DNA of 64,000 nucleotides from Candidatus Bathyarchaeota archaeon (GTDB lineage Archaea; Thermoproteota; Bathyarchaeia; Bathyarchaeales; DTEX01), in the NCBI GenBank assembly GCA_963714275.1, contig CAVQNT010000002.1:480001-544000 (forward strand), written 5' to 3'. Below the pieces are notes generated by a model. That model saw only the letters and a list, made by a program, of their open reading frames with translations, was not told the DNA's origin and did no database searches. The translations under genes were made by a program, and so were the position numbers. This document shows, piece after piece, positions 42,803-54,782 of the stretch. Position 1 is the stretch's first letter. Each line of letters begins with the position of its first letter.

Positions 42803-43117
42803 TTGTCTAGGTGGTACATGAACATGGAGTTTCTGGTTTTAACCTCGCAATACTTGAAACAGCCTGAAAGAGAACGCATCATCGTGCAGGCCGTTATCGA
42901 GTTGGCTGAAGCCGTTGGAATCGAACGGATAGTTATGAGAAGAAGCAACGTTTACTGTACAGGCGTGTATGTCAACAATGGGGACGGGAAGTTTCTGCTT
43001 TACAACGATTGGGAAAAAGATTGGGATCAGAAAAAAATAATTAAAAACATGAGGGCTTCATTACAGTTTTCGCCTGACCATGATAAAAATTGTCAGCTCA
43101 TCCTAACAATTGCGTGA
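42803..43117 (+). CDS. Hypothetical protein
   Basis: 104-aa ORF filling the gap, plausible composition. Confidence 0.6.
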   Translation: MSRWYMNMEFLVLTSQYLKQPERERIIVQAVIELAEAVGIERIVMRRSNVYCTGVYVNNGDGKFLLYNDWEKDWDQKKIIKNMRASLQFSPDHDKNCQLILTIA

Positions 43118-43263
43118 CAAGTTAAATTTGTTAGTATTTGATTATGTTTTCTTTGGTTTTTCTCGTTATGTTTGTAGCACCATTTTTGGGTTTACCACGA
43201 TAATCTTTATCTTTTGAGGTTAATTAGAACTGTAGAAGAATCACTGTAAATGGGGTCAAAAAA

Positions 43264-45144
43264 TTGAGGATACTACAGCTGCATTCGAACTACATTGAGT
43301 ACCGCCCTGTTGAAAAGGAAATCCCATCAGCTGAAGAATGCGAGCGGAAAACCTATCGACTTGAGGAGCTGGTTGTTCTGTTCATGTGCGTTGAAAAGGG
43401 AGACACGGTTGATTCCGCTTCCAGGGTAGTGGATGGTTTAAAAGAGTATTTGGGAACGGTTAAATGTAACCGAATATTGGTTTACCCCTACGCTCATCTC
43501 AGCAGCGACCTTGCCAAACCTGCGGAGGCACTTAAAATTCTCAATGAGATGGAAAGATACGTAAAAGCTTTTAGGGATTGAAGCTTACCGTGCGCCTTTT
43601 GGCTGGTGCAAAGAGTTCTCGATATCTGTTAAAGGTCACCCGTTGGCTGAGCAGTTCAGAACTGATGTGACGGGAGAGAAGGAAGTCTGAGGTTGTTTCG
43701 AAGGCTTTGGAGGCTGAGCAGAAAATAAAGTCACACTGGTTCATCATGCAATCGGACGGCAAATTGGTTGCGGTTGACGAATTCGACTTTTCTGGTCACG
43801 AGAATCTCAGGAAGTTTGCTGATTACGAGATTTCGAAGGTTAGAACGGTTCAGCAGGTTCCGCCCCACGTTAATCTTATGCGGAGACTTGAGCTTGTCGA
43901 TTATGAACCTGCGACTGACCCAGGAAACTTCAGGTGGTACCCTAAGGGTAGACTGGTCAAGTCACTTATTGAACGGTACGTGACTCAGAAAGTCGTTGAT
44001 TACGGAGGGATGGAGGTTGAGACTCCAATCATGTACGACCTTGAACACCCAAGTCTGGCTAGCTCATCTTCACAGGTTCCCCGCTCGGCAGTACCTCCTC
44101 AAATCTGACGACAAAGAGTTCTTTTTGAGGTTCAGCGCCTGCTTCGGCCAGTTCCTCATGGTTCATGACGCTCAAATTTCGTATCGGCATCTTCCACTTA
44201 AGATCTACGAATTGACAAGGTACAGTTTCAGGAGAGAAAAAAGCGGTGAGCTCGCTGGTCTCCGAAGGCTTAGAGGCTTCACGATGCCCGACGTTCACGC
44301 CCTATGCGGCGACTTAGATCAAGCGAAGCAGGAGTTTGTTAAGCGGTTCAAGATGTGCGTCGACACTCTTCACGGCTTCGACTTGGGTCCTGAAGACTAC
44401 GAATTGGCCATTCGGTTCACACGAGACTTTTACGAACAGAACAAGGGCTTCATCGTTTCTTTAATGAAACTAATTGGTAAACCAACATTGATCGAGATGT
44501 GGGACGAACGGTTCTTCTATTTTGTACTGAAGTATGAGTTAAACTTCGTCGACAACCTCAACAAGGCTTCAGCGCTTTCAACAGACCAGATTGACATCGA
44601 GAACGCTGAAAGATACGGTATAACCTACGTCGACGAGAAAGGCGAGAAAAACCATCCGCTGATTCTTCACTGTTCGCCAAGCGGAGCCATTGAAAGAGAC
44701 CTTTACGCGATGCTGGAAAAGGCTTACATGGAACAACAGAAAGGCAAAGCCCCAACATTACCGCTGTGGCTTTCCCCAACCCAAGTCCGAGTGATCCCCA
44801 TCACGGAACAGTTCTTTAATGAAGCTGAGAAAACCGTTGCTGATCTCGCTGAGCTCGGTATAAGGGCAGACTGGGATGACAGACCTTTAACAATGCAAAA
44901 GAAGGTGAGGGAAGCAGAGATGGAGTGGGTTCCCTACATCGTCGTTATTGGGCAAAAAGAGATTGACTCAGGCGTCTTGGCTGTCAGAGACCGAGGACAA
45001 ACGGAATCTGGAAAGGCTGGGAAAATGAGAAACCTTAAGCTGGACGAGCTGGTTTCTGAAGTAAAAGACCGAACCCGAGGGAAACCCTTTCAACAGTTGC
45101 CTTTGCCTGCTGAGCTGTCGAGAAGACCACGTTTCTACGGTTGA
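43264..45144 (+). CDS. thrS: Threonyl-tRNA synthetase, archaeal type with N-terminal editing domain; two frameshifts
   Basis: [43 protein letters not shown]. Confidence 0.95.
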
Positions 45145-45211
45145 TTCTGCTGATTCTCAAGGTTCATAGACAAATATATATGCAGTATTATGTTCATTGA
45201 ATTTAGGTTAG

Positions 45212-46125
45212 ATGCGAGGTGCATGTGACTTGACCCAGAAAGAGCTCCTTGTTTACATAGATGGCAAGTATTACCCAAGGTCTGGGGCTAAAGTTTCCGT
45301 TTTTGACCACGCTTTACTTTACGGAGATGGCGTCTTCGAAGGTATAAAATCGTACAATGGTGTTGTTTTTAGGCTCAAAGAACACTTGGATCGGATTTAC
45401 TTTTCTGCAAAAGCAATTATGCTCGAGATACCATTATCCAAGGAAGAAATGGCGAAAGCAGTTTTGGAAACCCTCAGAAAAAACAATCTTGAGGACGCCT
45501 ATGTTCGTCTTGTTGTGACAAGAGGGTTGGGGGACCTTGGGCTTGACCCGAGGAAGTGTCCAAAGTCCACGGTTATTATCATTGCTGTTCCATTGCTGCA
45601 GCTTTACGACGAGGAGAAACGGAGGAAAGGCATAAGCATGGTCGTTGCGTCGGTTAGAAGGGACCCTGTAGACGCGACGACTCACGAAATTAAGTCGTTA
45701 AACTATCTTAACAGCATCCTCGCGAAGATCGAAGCCAACAACGTAGGTGCAGACGAAGCAGTAATCTTGGACACACACGGTTTAGTCAGCGAAGCAACAG
45801 CTGAAAACATTTTCATCGTCAAAGACAACGAAGTCATGACTCCACAGTCAGCCAGCGGACGACTGGTCGGTATCACAGCAGGCGTAGTAAAAAGCATGAG
45901 CTGAAAAACTTGGCTACGCAGTGGTTGAAAAAGGAATCACTGTGGCTGAGCTATACGCAGCTGACGAAGCGTTCCTCACAGGCACAGCAGACTGAACTAA
46001 TGCCAATCAGAGAAGTTAACAAACGGCAGATAGGCGAAGGAAAAATGGGTCCTGTAACTGAAAGGCTGCTCAAGGAATTCGGCGCCTTCGTGAAAGATTC
46101 TAAACATGGAACTCCAATCTGGTAG
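45212..46125 (+). CDS. ilvE: Branched-chain amino acid aminotransferase, frameshifted
   Basis: YGDGVFEGI, KSLNYLN, EATAENIF. Confidence 0.92.
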
Positions 46126-46132
46126 GTGCTGA

Positions 46133-47133
46133 ATGGTGCGGGTTTTACTCCTGACCGGGAAGGAGATTGAACCCCTATTTTCTATGCCTGAAGTTATGGA
46201 GGCTGTTGAGTCAGCTTTCAAGGAGAAGGGGTTAGGTTTCGTTCAGATGCCTCCGAAGATTTATCTTTCATACACGAATTACAATGGCGACTTGCGGGCT
46301 ATGCCTTCCTATCTTGAAAGACTCGGCATGTCTGCTGTGAAGGTTGTTAACGCGCATCCTGACAACCAAGCTAAATTCGGCTTGCCCACGGTTATGGCAA
46401 CCATTATTTTAGTTGATCCTAGAAACGGGGCTCCTCTCGCCATCATGAACGGTACACACATCACAGCAATGCGGACAGGCGCAGGCTGGAGGTTTAGCAG
46501 CCACATATCTGGCGCGTCGAGACTCGAAGGTTGTTGGGCTTGTCGGTGCTGGAACTCAAGCTCGGACGCAGCTGGAAGCTTTGCTGGTTGTTTATGAGAA
46601 GCTTGATTTGGTTAAGGTTTGGAGCCGTACAAGGGAGTCTCGGGAAAAGTTTGTATCTGAGATGAAGGCTGCATACGAGGATTTGGCTGATGTTGTTTCT
46701 GTAGATAGAACTGAGGACGCCGCGCGGGATGTGGACGTTCTTGTTACAACTACGCCTTCAAGGACACCTATTGTCATGAACAAGTGGGTTACAGAAGGCA
46801 CACACATTACATGCATAGGCGCTGACGCTCCGGGAAAGGAGGAACTTGAACCAGCCATTTTGAAACATGCAAAAATCGTCGTGGACGATTGGGAGCAGGC
46901 TTCGCATTCGGGAGAAATCAACGTTCCCTTAACCCAAGGCGTTATCTCAAGAAACGACGTTTGGGGCGACATTTGCGAGATACGCTGCTGGACTAAAACC
47001 TGGAAGGACGTCTGAAAGCGAGGTCACGGTGTTCACGTCGACGGGTTTAGCGGTCCAAGACGCTGTTACTGCGAAACTTGCGTATGACAGGGCGGTCTCA
47101 AAGAGAAAGGGACGTTGGGTTGAGCTGTTTTAG
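46133..47133 (+). CDS. Archaeal alanine dehydrogenase (ornithine cyclodeaminase/mu-crystallin family), frameshifted
   Basis: GDLRAMP, KVVNAHP, TAMRTGA, IGADAPGKEE, FTSTGLAVQD. Confidence 0.85.
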
Positions 47134-47466
47134 TCATTGCATTTTCGGATTAACGTTTTTCTTTCCAGGCACTGACGAAATTTCTGAAAAATATTATACG
47201 TTCATTGAACATAGTTGTTTCTGAACGATGACATGATCGAAGTACTTGACTCAGTTAAGAATGATTGCATGACGAGTATCCGAGTCCATATAGAGATAAG
47301 CAGTCGCATGAAGATTCTTAATGCAGTAGGAAAATCTTTTATGGCTCAATTCTCGGAAGATGTGGGGAATTTTAGTAATTTTTTTTTGATTACTGACTTC
47401 AACATTTATGTTTAATAAGCAAGAAGCAGCCTATTGAATTTTGGCTATTCATGCATGAGGGATTGC

Positions 47467-49174
47467 ATGTCGGTTCTCAAATACTCAGAAATGCGGAACT
47501 GGGACATCATTGTCGACTCCGAAGCAATTCCATCCGAAAAGTATGCAGCGCAAGAATTCCAGCATTTTTTTGAACAAGCCACAGACATTCTTCTTCCTGT
47601 GCATAATTCTAACGAAAAAGCTTCTAACCATGTCTACATTGGTAAGAGCGCTGCGTTGAGTGAAAGCGGCATCACGGTTGACGCTTCTAAGTTAGGCGAA
47701 GAAGGTTTACACATAATCATAAAAGATGATGTTTTAGTCATTGTTGGGGGAAGACCCAGAGGCACGCTTTACGGGGTATACCAGTTCATCGAAGACGAGC
47801 TGGAGTTCGGTTTCTGACCCATGACCACACGCATGTTCCCGATTCTTCTAAGGCAAAGTTACATTGCAGAGAATACGTCTACAAGCCTCCGTTCAGTTTC
47901 CGTTGGAGCTATTACGCGGAAAACTCGAAACATCCCGAATTCGCAGTGAGACTACGTGTAAACACGGTCACAACTGACGAGAAGCTGGGAGGTAAAACAG
48001 GTCAGAACCTCATCAGCCACTCGTTTCACAAGCTGGTCCCATTCAGCAAGTACGGAAAGGACCATCCGGAGTATTACGCCTTGGTTGACGGCAAACGGGA
48101 CACGAACACGGCTTGGAGCGGTCCACAGCTGTGCGTGACGAACCCCGAGGTAGTCAAGGTTGTAGCTGAAGCTGCAATCCGTTTTTTGGATGAACACCAA
48201 TTTAGTAACATTAGCGTCAGTCAGGCGGACACGGACAAGTACTGCTGTTGCGACAGGTGCCAAGAAATCAACATGTGCGAAGACACGCCTATGGGGTCTC
48301 AGCTGAGCTTTCGTTAACGCTGTTGCTGAGCTGGTCGAAAAGGCGCATCCGAACGTTAAAGTCGGAACGTTGTCTTACTGGTACACTCGGAAGCCGCCCA
48401 AGACCGTTCGACCGCGACGCAATGTTCAGATTCAGCTCTGCAGCATTGAGTGTTGCACTTTGCATCCGATTGATGACCCAGACTGTCCGAGGAACACCGA
48501 GTTCTGTCACGACGTGAACGAGTGGGGCAAGATTTGCGACGACATTTGGATTTGGAACTACAACACCAATTTCACCGCTTACGACCTGCCCTTCCCGAAT
48601 CTGCGAAGCATCGGTCCGAACGTGCGCTATTTCCTACGCAACAAGGGGAAAGGCGTGTTCATGCAAGCAAACGGGAACGGAACCTCAGGCGAACTTTCTG
48701 ACCTACGGAACTACGTTATTTCGCGGTTGCTGTGGAATCCCGATCTTGACGACCAAAAACTAATTGAAGAGTTTGTGCAGTCTGCATTACAAGTCTGCTG
48801 CTCAGCCGATTTTGGATTACATCGAAATGTTGCATGACAACGCTGAGGAGTCAGGCGTGCATCCAAACTGTTTCCCCAAGCCTGAGGAGGTTGGGCTTCG
48901 CCCCGAAATAGCCCGCAAAGCCCTCGATTTCTTTAACAGGGCATTGGAGCTTGCACACGATGAAGCCTGTCTATGCGAGGGTGGAGAAGGCTTCCATTTG
49001 CGCCTACAGAGCCATGATTGAGGCAGGAGGCGCCTTGACTGAGGTTGAGTTAAGTCTCTCGTTGACCATTACATTGCGTTGTGCCAGCGTTACGACATGA
49101 CGTATGCTGCGGAACACAAAGAAGCTTCCCAGTTCTTCGAAAAGCTCAAGCAGCGGGTAAAGGACGCTTCGTGA
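47467..49174 (+). CDS. DUF4838-like glycoside-hydrolase-related protein, several frameshifts
   Basis: GGRPRGTLYGVY N-terminal domain, HSF...HPEYYALVDGKR...QLCVTNP and LLWNP; joins four ORFs. Confidence 0.72.
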
Positions 49175-49304
49175 CTTTTCAGAAAAGTGAGTTAGCCTAA
49201 TTTTACATAACTTGGCACTAAACTCTCCAACATTCTTCGTTAATGGTTAAGTATGTTTTTAGGCTTCATGGTTTTTACCATGATTATTTTCGGAGTTCAA
49301 TAAT

Positions 49305-49636
49305 GGCTGGTGTGCTGGCTGTAACCCGTCTTTTGTTTTAGGCAGCATTCGACTTTGCGGGCTACCTGCGTCTCGCACAGGCATTCATTGACGCTTGTTT
49401 GCCCTTCCACCCCGCAGGACAGCCGTTTCACCGTTTCCGCCTAGCCTACTCGGCGACTATGAGGCGCCTCATCGTCACGGGCTGAGCGGACGTTCCGTTT
49501 CTGTTCTGGAGCCAAGGCTCTCGCCCCACGCCTTGCAGCGTTGCGGACTGTGCGGTGGACGGAGTTTCCTCAAACACTTCCTTCCCCCATGACGAGGTAA
49601 GGGTGTGTCCGTGAGCCACCCACCAGCTCACCAGCC
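49305..49636 (-). ncRNA. rnpB: Archaeal RNase P RNA
   Basis: Minus strand has GAGGAAACTCCG, ACAGAAACG, GGTGAAACGG and AACAAAAGACGGGTTA conserved regions, with complementary ends GGCTGGTG/CACCAGCC (P1). Confidence 0.93.
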
Positions 49637-49691
49637 AAAAATAGACTTTATTTGACTTGTTGGATAAGGATTACGCTTTCCATAAAACATC

Positions 49692-51926
49692 CTAAGACGA
49701 TTTAGGTCTGTACCGGGCTGGCTGTCGACTGAACCGAGTAACGCCGTTGACGGAACCGCACTGGGGACACTTCGCCTGTTCGCCGAGGAACGTTTTCTGG
49801 CAACTGCTGCAGAACGTTAGGGTTCGGTCAAAAGCGTACAATCCAATCTTGTGGTCCTGAAAGATTCTTCGGGTCGTCGAAGAAGCTTTTCAGCGTCTAC
49901 ATCTGTCTCGTCAAGCGGAATCTTGGCTAGGTGGCTTCCGGGAGCCAAAGCCTCAAAACGGGATTCGATGCGGAGGCAATCGTCCAAAGGCAACTTGGTT
50001 TCTGAAGGAACAACCATCATGCTCGTGTAGTAAGGATGGTCTCGTCCGCCAGCCACGTGAACCTCGCCTAAACCGTACCTCTCGACGTCCAACTCCGCCA
50101 CCCTCCTCGCAGCGTCAAAGTCAGGCGTCAAACCCACGGCAAACCTCAACTTCCTGTTCCTAGAGTACGCCTTTTGCTGTTTTGTAACGTAAGTAACAAT
50201 TTCCTCAGCGAACCTCAAGGCTTCTTCGCCCTCGTAAACGTTTTTTCCAATCAAGGCGTAGAGAGCTTCGTTCAACCCGACGAAGCCAAGCATGTAAGAA
50301 GAGTTTTCAAGCCTGAGATAGGAGTCTTTAGCCTCCTTTTGCGCAAGAAAAGGTAGAAGCCCCTCCTGTGCACGCCTCGAAACCGCGCGGCTTTTGATGT
50401 CTAAGGCTCTGGAACCCATTTCTGTAAGGTCAGCTAGATACCTGAAAAACCTGTCCTTATCTTTTTCAGCCTCGTACACTGCCCTTGGAAGGTTCAACGT
50501 CGCACGGTCAACGCACGCGGTTCGTATGGTGTCGAGCTCCCAATCCTCCCTCCAATCGTCCGAAAACCGTAAGCCATCCGCAGCGTACGAAACTTTCTGC
50601 CCATTGGAAGCAAGATTGGCGAAGTAAGGAAGCCCGTTCACGGAAAGCCCGTGAGCCTCGAATAGCAACCTCTCGGCTTCTGAGTCCCCAAAGGTTTCAG
50701 GACGCATCTTCACGATGATGCTGGGACAAAAAATCGGCTTGACATTTCCCATCTCCTTCAAACAGTCCAAAACCAGTGACGCGATAAGACGGCTCTCGTC
50801 AACGAAATCCGCATAAACACCCGCAGCTTCCCCGCCTGGACCAACAGCCTCAACGTTTGCGAGGAACTTGGGCAAGACAGTTTCCAGCCCCAACGAGATT
50901 CCCGTCGGAACCGTCACATTCACGGAGCCGAGGAAAAGCCGCAGGTCCTCCTTAACCTCCTCCTTCGAAAGACCTTTGACAAACGGAGCCAAAAAAAAGT
51001 TGAAATAGTCAACCGCCTGCTCGCATGTAATCTCAGCTGAGGCAATCTGCAGCATGTCAGCAACCAACGAAAGCGCTGATCTCAAGTTCTTGGGCGGTCC
51101 CAAAGAGGCACGTGAAACACTGTTTTTAGGAGCCAAACCGTTTTTCAGGAAAACTCTGAGGTCGTGCATGAATCCTGAGGTCTTGAGAATCCACGAGCCG
51201 AGTTCGTTGAGGTTCAGCGAGCCAGAAATGTGGGCGTCCGCTATGTCCCTCGGCAGGACGTTCAGAAGAGTGTATTCCTCGACGACGCGGCTTCCTGCTG
51301 CAGCGCGGACCTTTTCGACGTCAGACTCCCTTCACGCTCATTTCCCTCATGAGCAACGTAACGTCGTACACTGGGAAGCCGAGACGGGTGAGCTTATGCC
51401 TGTACTCTTCATAACCGTGTTCAACAAGAATCGCGTTCACAAACTCCCTGATCAACGGAGCCGTCAAGTACTTCGTGCCGAGCTTAAGCAACCGCTTCTC
51501 AGCTTCCCTCGAAACCTTCTGAGCCATCTCCGCTGGAACGTCTGCTTCCCTCACGAGCGACTCAGCGATCTTGTTTCGGTCAAAGTTCTCTATTGCCAGC
51601 CGCGAGGTTCGGACAAGCAGCCTCTTCTTGAGGGCGCTGTTATCAAGTTCGTCAGCAAACTCAACAAGCGTCTTACCCATGTCCGTCAAAACGTACTTCC
51701 TTGATTCAGGATCAGGTTCAATCAGGTCCATGCCTGTAAGGGTTTTAAGGTGGTAAGCGAACCTTCCGGCGTCACGGCTTGGGCTTAGCTTAAGAATGTT
51801 CATGATCTCCGTGTAGGATAGGGGTCCCTTTTCGTAGAGCAGCCTAAGAATGTTGAGCCTTAAGGCTGAGGCGACTGCCTTGAGTACCCTTGCCCCTAAC
51901 CTTCTTCTTCGAGCCAAGCCTTCCAC
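49692..51926 (-). CDS. ArsR-like wHTH + ATP-cone + class III RNR (NrdD)-fold + Zn-ribbon fusion, catalytic residues absent; frameshifts near 51325 and 49880
   Basis: N-terminal LRLNILRLL...LSYTEI...FAYHLKTL wHTH; VRTS..ENFDRNKIAESL ATP cone; DAHISG, TLNLPR and GFVGLNE NrdD motifs; C-terminal CSSC..CPQC then SRQPARY. Confidence 0.85.
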
Positions 51927-52130
51927 AGCGACCTTTCAAACGTTTCGACTCAAACATCGTCTGTTTGGCGACTTACCAAGTTCATCGATTAAAGCCTAAA
52001 CGGTTTACTATAATAATTTCGAGTATGCCGTTAAAAGATTTTGGTAACAATTAAGGGTTCCTTTAAACTGCAAGCAATTTCTGACGAAGAACTGAAAAGA
52101 TATTTATATCCATCCAATAATTTTAGACCC

Positions 52131-52958
52131 ATGCACCCTCAACCAACGGTCAAAGAACTTGAAGAAAAAGCAGCTGAAATCAGGAGAGGTATTCTCGAAA
52201 TCATGGCAGGCGGAAAAAGGGGGCACCTCGGAGGCTCAATGTCAATCGCAGACATCGTAGCGGCACTGTATTTTCACCAGATGAAGGTTGACCCAAAAAA
52301 CCCCAGCTGGACGGACAGGGACCGCTTCGTGCTCAGCAAGGGCCACAGTGTCCTCGCACAGTACGTTGCCCTCGCCGAACTCGGATTCTTCCCAAAAGAA
52401 GAGCTGAAAAAAGTCAAGAGTCTCGGAAGCATCCTTCAGGGGCACCCGGACCACCTTAAGACGCCTGGAATTGAAGCTTCAACAGGGTCGCTGGGGCAAG
52501 GGCTTTCAATTGCCTGCGGCATGGCGTTGGGAGCCAGAATCGCCAAAAGGAAATACCGTGTCTACGCTGTTGTCGGCGACGGTGAAAGCACGGAAGGAAT
52601 GATTTGGGAAGCAGCCATCTTCGCCGCCCACTATGGGCTTGACAATCTGACGGGCATCACGGACCAGAACAGGCTTATGGCTTCGGGCACCACAATCGTG
52701 GGTTCGCTGGCTCCAAAGTGGCGTGCCTTTGGCTGGGAAGTTACTGAAATAAACGGGCACAACATGGCTGAAATTTTGGACGCGTTGGATTGGGCAGCAA
52801 CGGTTAGGAATCGCCCCACCATGATAGTGTGCAACACGGTTAAGGGTCGAGGCATCTCCTTCGTCGAAAACAACGCTGATTACCATCATTGCGCGTTGAC
52901 CGCTGAACAGTACGAAAAAGCTTGGAACGAGCTGACCCAAAAGGGAGGCGTGCGTTAA
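52131..52958 (+). CDS. Transketolase, N-terminal subunit
   Basis: GHLGGSMS, DRFVLSKGH, QGHP, GSLGQG, GDGE. Confidence 0.92.
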   Translation: MHPQPTVKELEEKAAEIRRGILEIMAGGKRGHLGGSMSIADIVAALYFHQMKVDPKNPSWTDRDRFVLSKGHSVLAQYVALAELGFFPKEELKKVKSLGSILQGHPDHLKTPGIEASTGSLGQGLSIACGMALGARIAKRKYRVYAVVGDGESTEGMIWEAAIFAAHYGLDNLTGITDQNRLMASGTTIVGSLAPKWRAFGWEVTEINGHNMAEILDALDWAATVRNRPTMIVCNTVKGRGISFVENNADYHHCALTAEQYEKAWNELTQKGGVR

Positions 52959-53909
52959 GTGCAGAAAATGATGGACATGCGGGACGCTTACGGAGAAACG
53001 CTTGCGGAAATCGGCGTGGACCCGCGTGTGGTAGTTCTTGACGCTGACCTGTCGCATTCGAACAAGTCAGACATCTTCGGAACGAAGTATCCTGAAAGGT
53101 TTTTTGAGGCTGGAATCGCCGAGGCAAACATGGTCGGGGTTGCAGCTGGGCTTTCTCTCGCCGGGTTCATTCCTTTCATTCACACTTTCTCGGTTTTTGC
53201 TGTTGGGCGAGTCTATGACCAAATACGAGTCTCGATTTGCTACCAAAACGCCAATGTCAAAGTTGTCGGCACAAGCGCGGGATTATCTGACGCCCACGAT
53301 GGCGCGACGCATCAGTCCATAGACGACGTGACGTTGACGAGGGTTCTCCCAAACATGACCGTGGTTGTGCCCTGCGACTGCGTAGAGGTCCGCAAAGCCA
53401 CAAAGGCAGTTTACGAGCATTCTGGTCCAGTTTACCTTAGGATTGACCGTATGCCCGTTCCGTTCGTTTACGAATCAATAGAAAACTGCGAATTTAAGCT
53501 GGGGAAAGCCAACGTCCTAAAAGAAGGCTCCGACGTCACCATTATCGCCTCTGGATACCCCGTTGCATTAGCCGTGAAAGCTGCTGACCAAGCCCAGAAA
53601 GAAGGTATAAACGCTGATGTTCTTGATGTGCACACGGTTAAACCTTTAGACCAAAAAGCAATCATCAAGTCTGCCAAGAAAACGGGGGCTGTCGTGACGG
53701 TTGAGGAACACAGCGTGATCGGTGCCTTGGGAGGAGCCGTCACCGAGGTTCTTGGGGAAAGGTTTCCTGTTCCAATAAAACGGATTGGAGTCAAAGACAG
53801 GTTTGGCGAGTCAGCTCTGGACTGGAATGAACTCATGAGTGCCCATGGAATCACGGTTGAAGCCATTGTTGATGCATCTAGGGATATTTTAAAGAGAAAA
53901 AAGGTCTAG
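52959..53909 (+). CDS. Transketolase, C-terminal subunit
   Basis: GIAEANM, DGATHQ, GPVYLR, VEEH. Confidence 0.92.
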   Translation: MQKMMDMRDAYGETLAEIGVDPRVVVLDADLSHSNKSDIFGTKYPERFFEAGIAEANMVGVAAGLSLAGFIPFIHTFSVFAVGRVYDQIRVSICYQNANVKVVGTSAGLSDAHDGATHQSIDDVTLTRVLPNMTVVVPCDCVEVRKATKAVYEHSGPVYLRIDRMPVPFVYESIENCEFKLGKANVLKEGSDVTIIASGYPVALAVKAADQAQKEGINADVLDVHTVKPLDQKAIIKSAKKTGAVVTVEEHSVIGALGGAVTEVLGERFPVPIKRIGVKDRFGESALDWNELMSAHGITVEAIVDASRDILKRKKV

Positions 53910-53915
53910 TCCCTT

Positions 53916-54737
53916 TTAGAAGAGAGCATAGCCGCCACAAACTGAGATGCATTGCCCAGTGACGTAATCCGAGAGGTCTGTGACGAGAAACTCGACCACT
54001 TTCGCCACGTCTTCAGGTGTTCCAAGGCGACCCAGCGGGATTTGGGCTTTAATCTTTTTTGCTTCTTCTCCCCGTCTGCCCTCAGCGACCGCTCTTGAGG
54101 TGACAATCCACGCGGGTGCTACACAGTTAACGTTTATGTTGTATGGTCCAAGTTCAGCTGCGAGGCAACGCGTGTAATGGATTACTGCTGCTTTCGCAAC
54201 GTTGTACGACATTGCCTTCGCCATTTCGGGAGCCACGTGCAAGCCTGCTTGGGAAGCTACATTCACGATTTTTCCGTGTCTCTGCTTCTTCATTGGAATG
54301 CTAGCAGCTTGGCAGCACAGGATTGTGCTGGTGAGGTTCACGTCCATAATAAACTGGTGGTCCTCCATATTTGCTGAAGACGGGTAAGTATTTGGTGGTC
54401 CAGCCTCTGCGCCTAAGCGGTTAAGGTTTCCGCCAGCGTTGTTTACTATGATGTCGATGCATCCGAACTCGTCAATTGTTTTCTTGAACATGGCGTCGAC
54501 TTGGTTCTTGTTGGCTATGTCGGCTTGGATGCCTATGGATTTTCTGCCCATGTTCCTTATTTCGTCCATCACGGTCTGTGCAGTGAGCTTTTCGCCATAA
54601 TCTTTTGCTGAGCCTAAATTAATGTCGTTCACGACGACATTTGCCCCAATCTTTGCCAAGTGGAGGGCGTAAGCTCTGCCTAAACCTCTCCCTGCGCCTG
54701 TAACCAGAGCCACTTTTCCTGCAAGCTTTAACGACAC
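53916..54737 (-). CDS. Short-chain dehydrogenase/reductase
   Basis: TGAGRGLG, NNAG, YNVAK. Confidence 0.9.
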   Translation of the reverse strand: MSLKLAGKVALVTGAGRGLGRAYALHLAKIGANVVVNDINLGSAKDYGEKLTAQTVMDEIRNMGRKSIGIQADIANKNQVDAMFKKTIDEFGCIDIIVNNAGGNLNRLGAEAGPPNTYPSSANMEDHQFIMDVNLTSTILCCQAASIPMKKQRHGKIVNVASQAGLHVAPEMAKAMSYNVAKAAVIHYTRCLAAELGPYNINVNCVAPAWIVTSRAVAEGRRGEEAKKIKAQIPLGRLGTPEDVAKVVEFLVTDLSDYVTGQCISVCGGYALF

Positions 54738-54782
54738 AGCTAAACCTCCGAATCATAAATGGCTTAACAACGATTTAAAATT

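Noticed and set aside
47215-47415. 66-aa ORF upstream of the DUF4838-like gene
   Set aside because: TTG start, no motif, AT-rich intergenic character.
49395-49631. Short ORFs 49395..49592 and 49446..49631
   Set aside because: They lie within the RNase P RNA gene.
51054-51704. 216-aa plus-strand ORF and the many similar antisense ORFs
   Set aside because: These are shadows of well-supported genes on the opposite strand and have no motifs.
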